From contig OZ024764.1 in the NCBI GenBank assembly GCA_964016885.1, forward strand, positions 5,952,001 through 6,016,000: a DNA stretch of 64,000 nt. The letters run 5' to 3'. The notes beneath the pieces were generated by a model. That model saw nothing but the letters and a program-made list of their open reading frames with translations, searched no databases and was not told the origin of the DNA. This stretch comes from Eledone cirrhosa. Lineage: Eukaryota. Below are positions 1 through 12,900 of the stretch, in pieces; the first letter of the stretch is position 1; each line of letters opens with the position of its first letter. Made by a program: the position numbers and the translations under genes.

Positions 1-189
1 AGAGACACACACACATACATAGAGAGAGACACACACACATACATAGAGAGACACACACACATACATAGAGAGACACACACATACATAGAGAGAGACACAC
101 ACACATACATAAAGAGAGACACACACACATACATAGAGAGACACAGTCACACACACATATATATAGAGACAGACACACATATATACATG

Positions 190-221
<32 letters not shown>

Positions 222-464
222 CACACAGTCACACATATATATATGTATATATATAGATAGATATATAGAGACACAGTCACACACACATATATAGAGAGAC
301 AGACACATATATATACATGTATATATAGATATATAGAGACACAGTCACACACACACACATATTTATAGAGAGACAGACACATATATATATATACATATAT
401 ATAGAGAGAGAGACAGTCACACACATATATAGAGAGACAGACACACACACAGAGAGTCAGTTAG

Positions 465-499
<35 letters not shown>

Positions 500-603
500 T
501 ATATGTAGAGAGAGAGTCACACACACAGATAGTCACATACAAACACACACACACACACACACAGATAGTCACATACAAACACACACATTATATATATATA
601 TAT
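1..603. repeat. compound AG/AC/AT microsatellite
   Basis: Interleaved (GA)n, (CA)n and (TA)n runs. Confidence 0.95.
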
Positions 604-1450
604 ACTAGCAGATTTACTCGGCGTTGCCCAGGGTTTGAAATTATGCTAAGAATATACAGCTAGGAAGTAAAAGAAGAAAAATATTTGTCCCCAGCCTGTC
701 AAAATAAGCAGAAGTCTTCAATAAATAATTGTTTCTACTTTTGGCACAAGACCTGCAATTACCCAGCACATTACTGGTACTTTAATTTATCGACCCTGTA
801 AGGATGAAAGGCAAAGTTAACCTTGGCGGGATTTGAACTCAGATCGTAAAGGGACGTAACTATGCTGGAAAGCATGGCGTCCGACCCTCTACCGATACTG
901 CCAATAATGCAAACGAATATTTAGTGCAATCTTTGTACACATAAAACTATGTTGACAATGAAGGAAAACACTGAACAGGATGTAGTTATACAAATGATTA
1001 AAGACAATACATGTTGCAAATTTGTAAAAAAAACAGGCAGTTTTGCTAAAGTACAAAAAGTTGTAATGAAAGCAGAGTTGTATACAAACAAAAAAACAAT
1101 GAGAGTAGAATAAGAGAAAATGTATTCTTTGAGAGCATCCTTTGCTGTGTATGGTTAAATTTTGAACTTATAATCCAAAATATCCTGCATGACATATTCA
1201 TTGAAAGTCCCATAAGGATTTTGTTTTGATTGATTTCTACCTTACACCATGCATTTTAGAAAAAATAATTTTGCTATTGATTTTTTATTGCTCAACGTGA
1301 GTCGATTTGAAAATTTTTTGTGATGTGACCATCTTAGCGACAGGTGCAACGTGCACAGAAAATTTGGTCAAATTCGGTTGGGGATTGTAAAAGCCTTAGC
1401 TGTCCAAAGTTGTCCACAGACACACACATATCCTCGCTTTTATATATATA
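604..1450 (+). mobile_element. non-autonomous Helentron/HINE-like element with a nested SINE
   Basis: Starts ACTAGCAGATTTACTCGGCGTTGCCCAGGG and ends ACAGACACACACATATCCTCGCTTTTATATA. These termini resemble DINE-1/HINE-like elements. Inserted in a TA tract. Confidence 0.5.
726..904 (-). mobile_element. tRNA-derived SINE, family A
   Basis: Minus strand: A-box-like TGGCAGTATCGGTAGAG, B box GAGTTCAAATCC, conserved GCCTTTCATCCTTACAGGGTCGATAAA..GTACCAG. Multiple copies in the window. Confidence 0.85.
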
Positions 1451-1540
1451 TATGTAAACAATAAACAAAAATAACAAAGCAAACAAGACAGTACATTGAA
1501 GAAATATATTAGTTTAACACTTGAAATAATTAGAAAAGAG

Positions 1541-1576
1541 TCTTAACGTTTCGGACACTAGTCCTTCGTCAGATGA
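1541..1576 (-). ncRNA. minimal type I hammerhead ribozyme motif in a Penelope-like LTR fragment (about 1455-1680)
   Basis: Minus: TCAT-CTGACGA-AGGAC TAGT GTCC-GAAAC-GTT-AAGA. Palindromic AACGTT in stem III, one mismatch in stem I. Same family as 26171. Confidence 0.7.
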
Positions 1577-1705
1577 TAGAGTGAGAAATAAAGGATGAAA
1601 TAGGAAGATAGAGAATGGAATGAGAAAGGAATGGAAAAAAAATGAGAAAGAAATACACTTGTGTATTTAGTCAGCCATTTTGTATATATATATATATATA
1701 TATAT

Positions 1706-2556
1706 ATAACGAAGGAAATGTGGTAAGGAACCAGATGGACCATAATGCACCAAAGTACTCAATACTTAGGGTAGTAGAGTGGGTAATAGGAACAAGTATG
1801 ACCCCGACGGCAGAGCTCTAGCCGTTTCGACGGCTAATTCTGGACTAAATAAGAATTTTTAGCCTGGTAAATAAATAGCCAAACTTCTCAGGGGGTAATT
1901 CCATATATGGTAAAAAAGTGATTGTCACAAGGATTGGTCAAAAGTTTGTTGTTAAGATATATGATTCTATCATGGCATTTTGTGGAAGGTAGGGGTAGCT
2001 GAACTTGCTGGTAGAAGAAAGAGGGAGAGGGAGTGGAGGAAACCCAGTCAAGCGTTGAAAGTGAAATCTATACAGCAGATTCTAAGGATAGTGTATAGAA
2101 GGTCGAAAAAAGTGTACTAGGGAAGAAGAGGGGGTGTGTGTGTGTGTGAAAAAATAAGTAAATCGAAAGGGAGGAAACAAAAAAGCCATTATAAAAATGA
2201 CGAAATATATAAAAAATATAAAAAACAATTTCTGGTTACTACTCCCCTTCCACAATCATCAAATCTCTCATTGGTATTGCTAAGCTATAGAAAAAAGTGT
2301 AATAGGTGGAGAGGAATACTGGATACGAGATTGTAGTGAAAGAATTTTATGAAGCCATCATTACAGGGGTCTAACACCACTACTATAGTTAGTAGTAATC
2401 AGCCAATGCTATCATACAATGACAGGTTAATAAGTTGAGGTCCAACATACTAAAAAACTAATACAAAATATTAATTCAGAATCCCAAAACATAAATACTA
2501 ATACAATATATATAAATACGGCTTGAGCTCTGCCGTCGGGGTCATACTTGTTCCTA
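1706..2556 (-). mobile_element. Penelope-like element fragment with an inverted terminal duplication, flanked by (TA)n
   Basis: About 1786-1825 is repeated in inverted form at about 2518-2558. Same family at 21732-21860, 24960-25037 and 57715-57910. Carries an HHR-like motif. Confidence 0.65.
1801..1896 (-). ncRNA. type I hammerhead-like motif with long stem II
   Basis: Minus: ACCCC-CTGAGAA-(long stem II, GGCTA..TAGCC)-GAAAC GGC TAGAGCTCT GCC GTC-GGGGT. Stems I and III pair, with a GUC site. The core deviates from CUGANGA. Confidence 0.6.
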
Positions 2557-2769
2557 TATATATATATATATATATAAATTATATAGATATATATATATAC
2601 ACACACATACACACATATATATATATACGCCCCCCCCCCCACAAACTGTAAGAAACAGCTACACAAGCACAGCCATGACCACATCCATATACACCATTCA
2701 ATTAGCCATGTCTCTATCATTTCATATATCTTATCTGGTATGTTATGGTCCAGTAACTCCTGATAGAGT

Positions 2770-3925
2770 CGTAGGGGTGTTGTAGTGACATAAGGAGTTT
2801 CTAGGGCTGTTAGGGGTGTCGTAGTGACATAACGAGTTTTTTAGGGCTCTTAGGGGTGTTGTAGTGACATAAGGAGTTTTTTAGGGCTGTTAGGGATGTC
2901 ATAGTGACATAAAGAGTTTTTAGGGCTCTTAGGGGTGTTGTAGTGACATAAGGAGTTTTTTAGGGCTGTTAGGGAAGTCATAGTGACATAAGGAGTTTTT
3001 AGGGCTCTTAGGGGTGTCATAGTGACGAGTTTTTAGGGCTGTTAGGGGTGTCATAGTGACATAAGGAGTTTTTTAGGGCTCTTAGGGGTGTCGTAGTGAC
3101 ATAAGGGTTTTTTTAGGGCTGTTAGGGGTGTCGTAGTGACATAAGGAGTTTTTTAGGGCTGTTAGGGGTGTCACAGTGACATAAGGAGTTTCTAGGGCTC
3201 TTAAAGGTGTAGTGTGACATAAGGAGTTTCTAGGGATCTTAAAGGTGTAGTATGACATAAGGAGTTTCTAGGGCTCTTAAAGGTGTAGTGTGACATAAGG
3301 AGTTTCTAGGGCTCTTAAAGGTGTAGTGTGACATAAGGAGTTTCTAGGGATCTTAAAGGTGTAGTGTGACATAAGGAGTTTCTAGGGATCTTAAAGGTGT
3401 AGTGTGACATAAGGAGTTTCTAGGGATCTTAAAGGTGTAGTGTGACATAAGGAGTTTCTAGGGCTCTTAAAGGTGTAGTGTGACATAAGGAGTTTCTAGG
3501 GATCTTAAAGGTGTAGTGTGACATAAGGAGTTTCTAGGGCTCTTAAAGGTGTAGTGTGACATAAGGAGTTTCTAGGGCTCTTAAAGGTGTAGTGTGACAT
3601 AAGGAGTTTCTAGGGATCTTAAAGGTGTAGTGTGACATAAGGAGTTTCTAGGGCTCTTAAAGGTGTAGTGTGACATAAGGAGTTTCTAGGGATCTTAAAG
3701 GTGTAGTGTGACATAAGGAGTTTCTAGGGCTCTTAAAGGTGTAGTGTGACATAAGGAGTTTCTAGGGCTCTTAAAGGTGTAGTGTGACATAAGGAGTTTC
3801 TAGGGATCTTAAAGGTGTAGTGTGACATAAGGAGTTTCTAGGGCTCTTAAAGGTGTAGTGTGACATAAGGAGTTTCTAGGGCTCTTAAAGGTGTAGTGTG
3901 ACATAAGGAGTTTCTAGGGATCTTT
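2770..3925. repeat. minisatellite, 38-41 bp unit, about 30 copies
   Basis: Unit AAGGTGTAGTGTGACATAAGGAGTTTCTAGGGCTCTTA. The 5' units are longer variants. Confidence 0.95.
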
Positions 3926-4030
3926 AAACCTGGTGGAGGCCATCTCTCCAGGTCAGCATACAGCAGAGTTCTTCCAAAGGAGGATAGAGAAAGAAAGGAA
4001 GAAAGAAAGAGATGTAGAGGAAGAATTAAC

Positions 4031-4178
4031 CCCCATACATTACTGGTACTTTTTTTATCGACCTCGAAAGGATGAAAGGCAAAGTAGACCCTGACAGGAT
4101 TTGAACTCAGAGTGTGCAATGAGGTGGGACAAATACCGTAACTCATTCTATCTGACATCTTAACTCTGCCAATTTTCC
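4031..4178 (-). mobile_element. tRNA-derived SINE family A, diverged
   Basis: TACTGGTACTTTTTTTATCGACCTCGAAAGGATGAAAGGCAAAG..GATTTGAACTCAG. Confidence 0.75.
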
Positions 4179-4319
4179 ACATATGTAATAGTAAATATAC
4201 AGAAATGTAAAGGGTGAAGGGTGAAAAATATACAGCTTAGTATTATAGAATAAGAGGCAGTTTCAGGCAATTTGGTATCTGTACCCCATATTACTACCAG
4301 ACAACTTCCCATCGTCACA

Positions 4320-4710
4320 GTTTAATGTCAATCTTTCTGCACTAGCATGGGTTAGACGTGACCATGTCTTGCTCACTCACAACTGATTCTGGCTTGGTTT
4401 CTGTGGCTGGATGCCCTTTCCTAACGCCAACCACATTTGCAGTGTGGACTGGGTCCTTTTTGTCGCGACACCTACATAACCACTTTACAGTGTGGGCTGA
4501 GTACTTTTTGTTGTGACACCTACATGACCACTTTACAGTGTGGGCTGAGTACTTTTTGTTGTGACACCATCATGACCACTTTACAGTGTGGGCTGGGTCC
4601 TTTTTGTCGTGACACCTACATGACCACTTTACAGTGTGGGGGGGTCCTTTTTGTCGTGACACCTACATGACCACTTTACAGTGTGGGCTGGGTCCTTTTT
4701 GTTGTGACAC
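4320..4710 (-). mobile_element. SINE 3' fragment running into a short 48-bp tandem array
   Basis: CTGGATGCCCTTTCCTAACGCCAACCAC followed by about 6 copies of GACACCTACATGACCACTTTACAGTGTGGGCTGGGT..TTTTTGTTGT. Confidence 0.75.
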
Positions 4711-7700
4711 CCTAACCACCAGACCACACACCAACCAGTCCAACACCCTTACCACTAGACCACACACCATCCAGTCTAACACACTAACCACTAGACCACA
4801 CACCATCCAGTCCAACACCCTTACCACTAGACCACACGCCATCCAGTCCAACACCCTTACCACTAGACCACACACCAACCAGTCCAACACCCAAACCACT
4901 AGACCACACACCATCCAGTCCAACACCCTTACCACTAGACCACACACCAACCAGTCCAACACCCTAACCACTAGACCACACACCATCCAGTCCAACTCCC
5001 TAACCACTAGACCACACACCATCCAGTCCAACACCCTAACCACTAGACCACACACCATCCAGTCCAACACCCTAACCACTAGACCACACACCATCCAGTC
5101 CAACACCCTTACCACTAGACCTCACACCAACCAGTCCAACACCCTAACCACTAGACCACACACCATCCAGTCCAACACCCTAACCACTAGACCACACACC
5201 AACCAGTCCAACACCCTAACCACTAGACCACACACCATCCAGTCCAACACCCTAACCACTAGACCACACACCATCCAGTCCAACACCCTAACCACTAGAC
5301 CACACACCATCCAGTCCAACACCCTTACCACTAGACCACACACCATCCAGTCAAACACCCTTACCACTAGACCACACACCATCCAGTCAAACACCCTTAC
5401 CACTAGACCACACACCAACCAGTCCAACACCCTAACCACTAGACTACACACCAACCAGTCCAACACCCTAACCACTAGACCACACACCAACCAGTCCAAC
5501 ACCCTAACCACACACCATCCAGTCCAACACCCTAACCACTAGACCACACACCAACCAGTCCAACACCCTTACCACTAGACCACACACCATCCACTCCAAC
5601 ACCCTTACCACTAGACCACACGCCATCCAGTCAAACACCCTTACCACTAGACCACATACCATCCAGTCCAACACCCTTACCACTAGACCACACACCATCC
5701 AGTCAAACACCCTTACCACTAGACCACACACCATCCAGTCCAACACCCTTACCACTAGACCACACACCATCCAGTCCAACACCCTAACCACTAGACCACA
5801 CACCATCCAGTCCAACACCCTTACCACTAGACCACACACCATCCAGTCCAACACCCTTACCACTAGACCACACACCATCCAGTCCAACACCCTAACCACT
5901 AGACCACACACCAACCAGTCCAACACCCTTACCACTAGACCACACACCATCCAGTCCAACACCCTAACCACTAGACCACACACCATCCAGTCCAACACCC
6001 TTACCACTAGACCACACACCATCCAGTCCAACACCCTAACCACTAGACCACACACCAACCAGTCCAACACCCTAACCACTAGACCACACACCATCCAGTC
6101 CAACACCCTAACCACTAGACCACACACCAACCAGTCCAACACCCTAACCACTAGACCACACACCATCCAGTCAAACACCCTTACCACTAGACCACACACC
6201 ATCCAGTCCAACACCCTAACCACTAGACCACACACCATCCAGTCAAACAACCTTACCACTAGACCACACACCATCCAGTCCAACACCCTAACCACTAGAC
6301 CACACACCATCCAGTCCAACACCCTTACCAATAGACCACACGCCATCCAGTCGAACACCCTTACCACTAGACCACACACCATCCACTCCAACACCCTTAC
6401 CACTAGACCACACACCAACTAGTCCAACACCCTTACCACTAGACCACATACCATCCAGTCCAACACCCTTACCACTAGACCACACACCATCCAGTCCAAC
6501 ACCTTAACCACTAGACCACACACCATCCAGTCCAACACCCTTACCACTAGACCACACACCATCCAGTCCAACACCCTAACCACTAGACCACACACCATCC
6601 AGTCCAACACCCTAACCACTAGACCACACACCATCCAGTCCAACACCCTTACCACTAGACCACACACCATCCAGTCCAACACCCTTACCACTAGACCACA
6701 CACCATCCAGTCCAACACCCTAACCACTAGACCACACACCATCCAGTCCAACACCCTAACCACTAGACCACACACCATCCAGTCCAACACCCTAACCACT
6801 AGACCACACACCATCCAGTCCAACACCCTAACCACTAGACCACACGCCATCCAGTCCAACACCCTAACCACTAGACCACACACCATCCAGTCCAACACCC
6901 TAACCACTAGACCACATACCATCCAGTCCAACACCCTTACCACTAGACCACACACCATCCAGTCCAACACCCTAACCACTAGACCACACACCATCCAGTC
7001 CAACACCCTAACCACTAGACCACACACCAACCAGTCCAACACCCTTACCACTAGACCACACACCATCCAGTCCAACACCCTTACCACTAGACCACACACC
7101 ATCCAGTCCAACACCGTAACCACTAGACCACACACCAACCAGTCCAACACCCTAACCACTAGACCACACACCATCCAGTCCAACACCCTAACCACTAGAC
7201 CACATACCATCCAGTCCAACACCCTAACCACTAGACCACACACCATCCAGTCCAACACCCTTACCACTAGACCACACACCATCCAGTCCAACACCCTAAC
7301 CACTAGACCACACACCATCCAGTCCAACACCCTAACCACTAGACCACACGCCATCCAGTCCAACACCCTTACCACTAGACCACACACCATCCAGTCCAAC
7401 ACCCTTACCACTAGACCACACACCATCCAGTCCAACACCCTTACCACTAGACCACACACCATCCAGTCCAACACCCTAACCACTAGACCACACACCATCC
7501 AGTCCAACACCCTTACCACTAGACCACACACCATCCAGTCCAACACCCTTACCACTAGACCACACACCATCCAGTCAAACACCCTTACCACTAGACCACA
7601 CACCATCCAGTCCAACACCCTTACCACTAGACCACACACCATCCAGTCCAACACCCTTACCACTAGACCACACACCATCCAGTCAAACACCCTTACCACT

Positions 7701-10700
7701 AGACCACACACCATCCAGTCCAACACCCTTACCACTAGACCACACACCATCCAGTCCAACACCCTAACCACTAGACCACACACCATCCACTCCAACACCC
7801 TAACCACTAGACCACACACCATCCAGTCCAACACCCTTACCACTAGACCACACACCATCCAGTCCAACACCCTTACCACTAGACCACACACCATCCAGTC
7901 AAACACCCTTACCACTAGACCACACACCATCCAGTCCAACACCCTTACCACTAGACCACACACCATCCAGTCCAACACCCTTACCACTAGACCACACACC
8001 ATCCAGTCCAACACCCTTACCACTAGACCACACGCCATCCAGTCCAACACCCTTACCACTAGACCACACACCATCCAGTCCAACACCCTTACCACTAGAC
8101 CACACACCATCCAGTCCAACACCCTAACCACTAGACCACACACCAACCAGTCCAACACCCTAACCACTAGACCACACACCATCCAGTCCAACACCCTAAC
8201 CACTAGACCACACACCAACCAGTCCAACACCCTAACCACTAGACCACACACCATCCAGTCCAACACCCTTACCACTAGACCACACACCATCCAGTCCAAC
8301 ACCCTAACCACTAGACCACACACCAACCAGTCCAACACCCTAACCACTAGACCACACACCATCCAGTCCAACACCCTAACCACTAGACCACACACCAACC
8401 AGTCCAACACCCTAACCACTAGACCACACACCATCCAGTCAAACACCCTTACCACTAGACCACACACCATCCAGTCCAACACCCTAACCACTAGACCACA
8501 CACCATCCAGTCAAACAACCTTACCACTAGACCACACACCATCCAGTCCAACACCCTAACCACTAGACCACACACCATCCAGTCCAACACCCTTACCACT
8601 AGACCACACGCCATCCAGTCCAACACCCTTACCACTAGACCACACACCATCCACTCCAACACCCTTACCACTAGACCACACACCAACTAGTCCAACACCC
8701 TTACCACTAGACCACATACCATCCAGTCCAACACCCTTACCACTAGACCACACACCATCCAGTCCAACACCCTAACCACTAGACCACACACCATCCAGTC
8801 CAACACCCTTACCACTAGACCACACACCATCCAGTCCAACACCCTTACCACTAGACCACACACCATCCAGTCCAACACCCTAACCACTAGACCACACACC
8901 ATCCAGTCCAACACCCTTACCACAAGACCACACACCATCCAGTCCAACACCCTTACCACTAGACCACACACCATCCAGTCCAACACCCTAACCACTAGAC
9001 CACACACCATCCAGTCCAACACCCTAACCACTAGACCACACACCATCCAGTCCAACACCCTAACCACTAGACCACACACCATCCAGTCCAACACCCTAAC
9101 CACTAGACCACACGCCATCCAGTCCAACACCCTAACCACTAGACCACACACCATCCAGTCCAACACCCTAACCACTAGACCACATACCATCCAGTCCAAC
9201 ACCCTAACCACTAGACCACACAACATCCAGTCCAACACCCTAACCACTAGACCACACACCATCCAGTCCAACACCCTAACCACTAGACCACACACCATCC
9301 AGTCCAACACCCTTACCACTAGACCACACACCATCCAGTCCAACACCCTAACCACTAGACCACACACCATCCAGTCCAACACCCTAACCACTAGACCACA
9401 CACCAACCAGTCCAACACCCTTACCACTAGACCACACACCATCCAGTCCAACACCCTTACCACTAGACCACACACCATCCAGTCCAACACCGTAACCACT
9501 AGACCACACACCAACCAGTCCAACACCCTAACCACTAGACCACACACCATCCAGTCCAACACCCTAACCACTAGACCACATACCATCCAGTCCAACACCC
9601 TAACCACTAGACCACACAACATCCAGTCCAACACCCTAACCACTAGACCACATACCATCCAGTCCAACACCCTAACCACTAGACCACACACCATCCAGTC
9701 CAACACCCTAACCACAAGACCACACACCATCCAGTCCAACACCCTTACCACTAGACCACACACCATCCAGTCCAACACCCTAACCACTAGACCACACACC
9801 ATCCAGTCCAACACCCTAATCACTAGACCACACGCCATCCAGTCCAACACCCTTACCACTAGACCACACACCATCCAGTCCAACACCCTTACCACTAGAC
9901 CACACACCATCCAGTCCAACACCCATACCACTAGACCACACACCATCCAGTCCAACACCCTTACCACTAGACCACACACCATCCAGTCCAACACCCTTAC
10001 CACTAGACCACACACCATCCAGTCCAACACCCTTACCACTAGACCACACACCATCCAGTCCAACACCCTTACCACTAGACCACACACCATCCAGTCAAAC
10101 ACCCTTACCACTAGACCACACACCATCCAGTCAAACACGCTTACCACTAGACCACACACCATCCAGTCCAACACCCTTACCACTAGACCACACACCATCC
10201 AGTCCAACACCCTTACCACTAGACCACACACCATCAAGTCCAACACCCTAACCACTAGACCATACACCATCCAGTCCAACACCCTTACCACTAGACCACA
10301 CACCATCCAGTCCAACACCCTTACCACTAGACCACACACCATCCAGTCCAACACCCTTACCACTAGACCACACACCATCCAGTCCAACACCCTAACCACT
10401 AGACCACACACCATCCAGTCCAACACCCTTACCACTAGACCACACACCATCCAGTCCAACACCCTAACCACTAGACCACACACCATCCAGTCCAACACCC
10501 TTACCACTAGACCACACACCATCCACTCCAACACACTAACCACTAGACCACACACCATCCAGTCCAACACCCTAACCACTAGACCACACACCATCCAGTC
10601 CAACACCCTTACCACTAGACCACACACCATCCAGTCCAACACCCTTACCACTAGACCACACACCATCCAGTCCAACACCCTTACCACTAGACCACACACC

Positions 10701-12298
10701 ATCCAGTCCAACACCCTAACTACTAGATCACACACCATCCAGTCCAACACCCTTACCACTAGACCACACACCATCCAGTCCAACACCCTAACCACTAGAC
10801 CACACACCATCCAGTCCAACACCCTTACCACTAGACCACACACCATCCAGTCCAACACCCTAACCACTAGACCACACACCATCCAGTCCAACACCCTAAC
10901 CACTAGACCACACACCATCCAGTCCAACACCCTTACCACTAGACCACACACCATCCAGTCCAACACCCTAACCACTAGACCACACACCATCCAGTCCAAC
11001 ACCCTTACCACTAGACCACACACCATCCAGTCCAACACCCTAACCAGTAGACCACACACCATCCAGTCCAACACCCTTACCACTAGACCACACACCATCC
11101 AGTCCAACACCCTTACCACTAGACCACACACCATCCAGTCCAACACCCTTACCACTAGACCACACACCATCCAGTCCAACACCCTAACCACTAGACCACA
11201 CACCATCCAGTCCAACACCCTAACCACTAGACCACACACCATCCAGTCCAACACCCTTACCACTAGACCACACACCATCCAGTCCAACACCCTAACCACT
11301 AGACCACACACCATCCAGTCCAACACCCTTACCACTAGACCACACACCATCCAGTCCAACACCCTAACCAGTAGACCACACACCATCCAGTCCAACACCC
11401 TTACCACTAGACCACACACCATCCAGTCCAACACCCTTACCACTAGACCACACACCATCCAGTCCAACACCCTTACCACTAGACCACACACCAACCAGTC
11501 CAACACCCTAACCACTAGACCACACACCATCCAGTCCAACACCCTAACCACTAGACCACACACCATCCAGTCCAACACCCTTACCACTAGACCACACACC
11601 ATCCAGTCCAACACCCTAACCACTAGACCACACACCATCCAGTCCAACACCCTTACCACTAGACCACACACCATCCAGTCCAACACCCTTACCACTAGAC
11701 CACACACCAACCAGTCCAACACCCTAACCACTAGACCACACACCATCCAGTCCAACACCCTTACCACTAGACCACACACCATCCAGTCCAACACCCTAAC
11801 CACTAGACCACATACCATCCAGTCCAACACCCTTACCACTAGACCACACACCATCCAGTCCAACACCCTAACCACTAGACCACACACCATCCAGTCCAAC
11901 ACACTAACCACTAGACCACACACCATCCAGTCCAACACCCTAACCACTAGACCACACACCATCCAGTCCAACACCCTAACCACTAGACCACACACCATCC
12001 AGTCCAACACCCTAACCACTAGACCACACACCAACCAGTCCAACACCCTTACCACTAGACCACACACCATCCAGTCCAACACCCTTACCACTAGACCACA
12101 CACCAACCAGTCCAACACCCTAACCACTAGACCACACACCATCCAGTCCAACACCCTAACCACTAGACCACACACCATCCAGTCCAACACCCTAACCACT
12201 AGACCACACACCATCCAGTCCAACACCCTTACCACTAGACCACACACCATCCAGTCCAACACCCTAACCACTAGACCACACACCATCCAGTCCAACAA
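4711..12298. repeat. 36-bp minisatellite, about 210 copies
   Basis: Unit ACCACTAGACCACACACCATCCAGTCCAACACCCT(A/T). Ends about 30 bp from the donor site of the 255-bp exon. Confidence 0.98.
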
Positions 12299-12330
12299 TT
12301 AAACAGGTGAAAAGAAACAGCACCACTTAC

Positions 12331-12585
12331 CTGGATGTGATGTCAGTGTACAAGATGAGGACATCTCCACTACCCCGGAGTATGTAGATGGGCCACACCA
12401 AGCGGGTCTTCTTGCTGGAGATGGCCCGGGGTTTACACGGCAGCTCTGTGGCTGAGCCGAAGTCGAAGCTGACAGCAGCATCACCAACGGCAACGGAGTA
12501 GAGGGTGTAGTGGCTAGGTGTCACACCTGAGGAGCCAAGGTAGATCTCCTGGAATATCTTCTCTGGATCATTTATGTCACAAATC
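12331..12585 (-). CDS. NUP88: Nup88-like nucleoporin, internal exon (255 bp)
   Basis: TCTCCTCTGTAG acceptor, AG|GTAAGT donor. Translates (R)ICDINDPEKIFQEIYLGSSGVTPSHYTLYSVAVGDAAVSFDFGSATELPCKPRAISSKKTRLVWPIYILRGSGDVLILYTDITS, matching Nup88 motifs LGETAVAFDFG and YPLYILYENGETFL. Confidence 0.9.
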
Positions 12586-12689
12586 CTACAGAGGAGACAA
12601 CAATAGCAGTTAAGGTACCTGTAATACACTGGGGGTAGGACAATTTAGTCAACATTTCCCTCCCTTACTCTTAAAAAATTATTGTTATC

Positions 12690-12900
12690 ATAATGATGAT
12701 GATGATGATTGAGTGATGACTGATGGATGTGATGATGGTGGTGGTGATGGTTGATGGTGGTGGTAATGATGGTGATGGTGGTGATGATGATGGTGGTGGT
12801 GATGGTTGATGTTGATGGTGGTGGTAATGATGATGTTGATGATGGTGGTTGATGATGATGTTGATGGTGGTGGAGGTGATTGTTGATGATGATGGTGGTG
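12690..12900. repeat. (GAT/GGT)n low-complexity repeat
   Basis: Degenerate trinucleotide run. Confidence 0.9.

Noticed and set aside
3847-4182. Possible further Nup88 exon (pyrimidine tract near 3980-4020 on the minus strand)
   Set aside because: The translation does not resemble the expected next segment (GPLxMxPxAEDNYG), and it overlaps a SINE and a minisatellite.
4634-12298. Long ORFs (up to 1203 aa) of VVRVLDWMVCGL or TTRPHTIQSNTL repeats
   Set aside because: Stop-free frames of a 36-bp minisatellite inside an intron, with no splice or coding evidence.
4711-12298. Telomeric CCCTAA motif in the 36-mer
   Set aside because: Only one hexamer in about half of the units, so not a telomeric tract.
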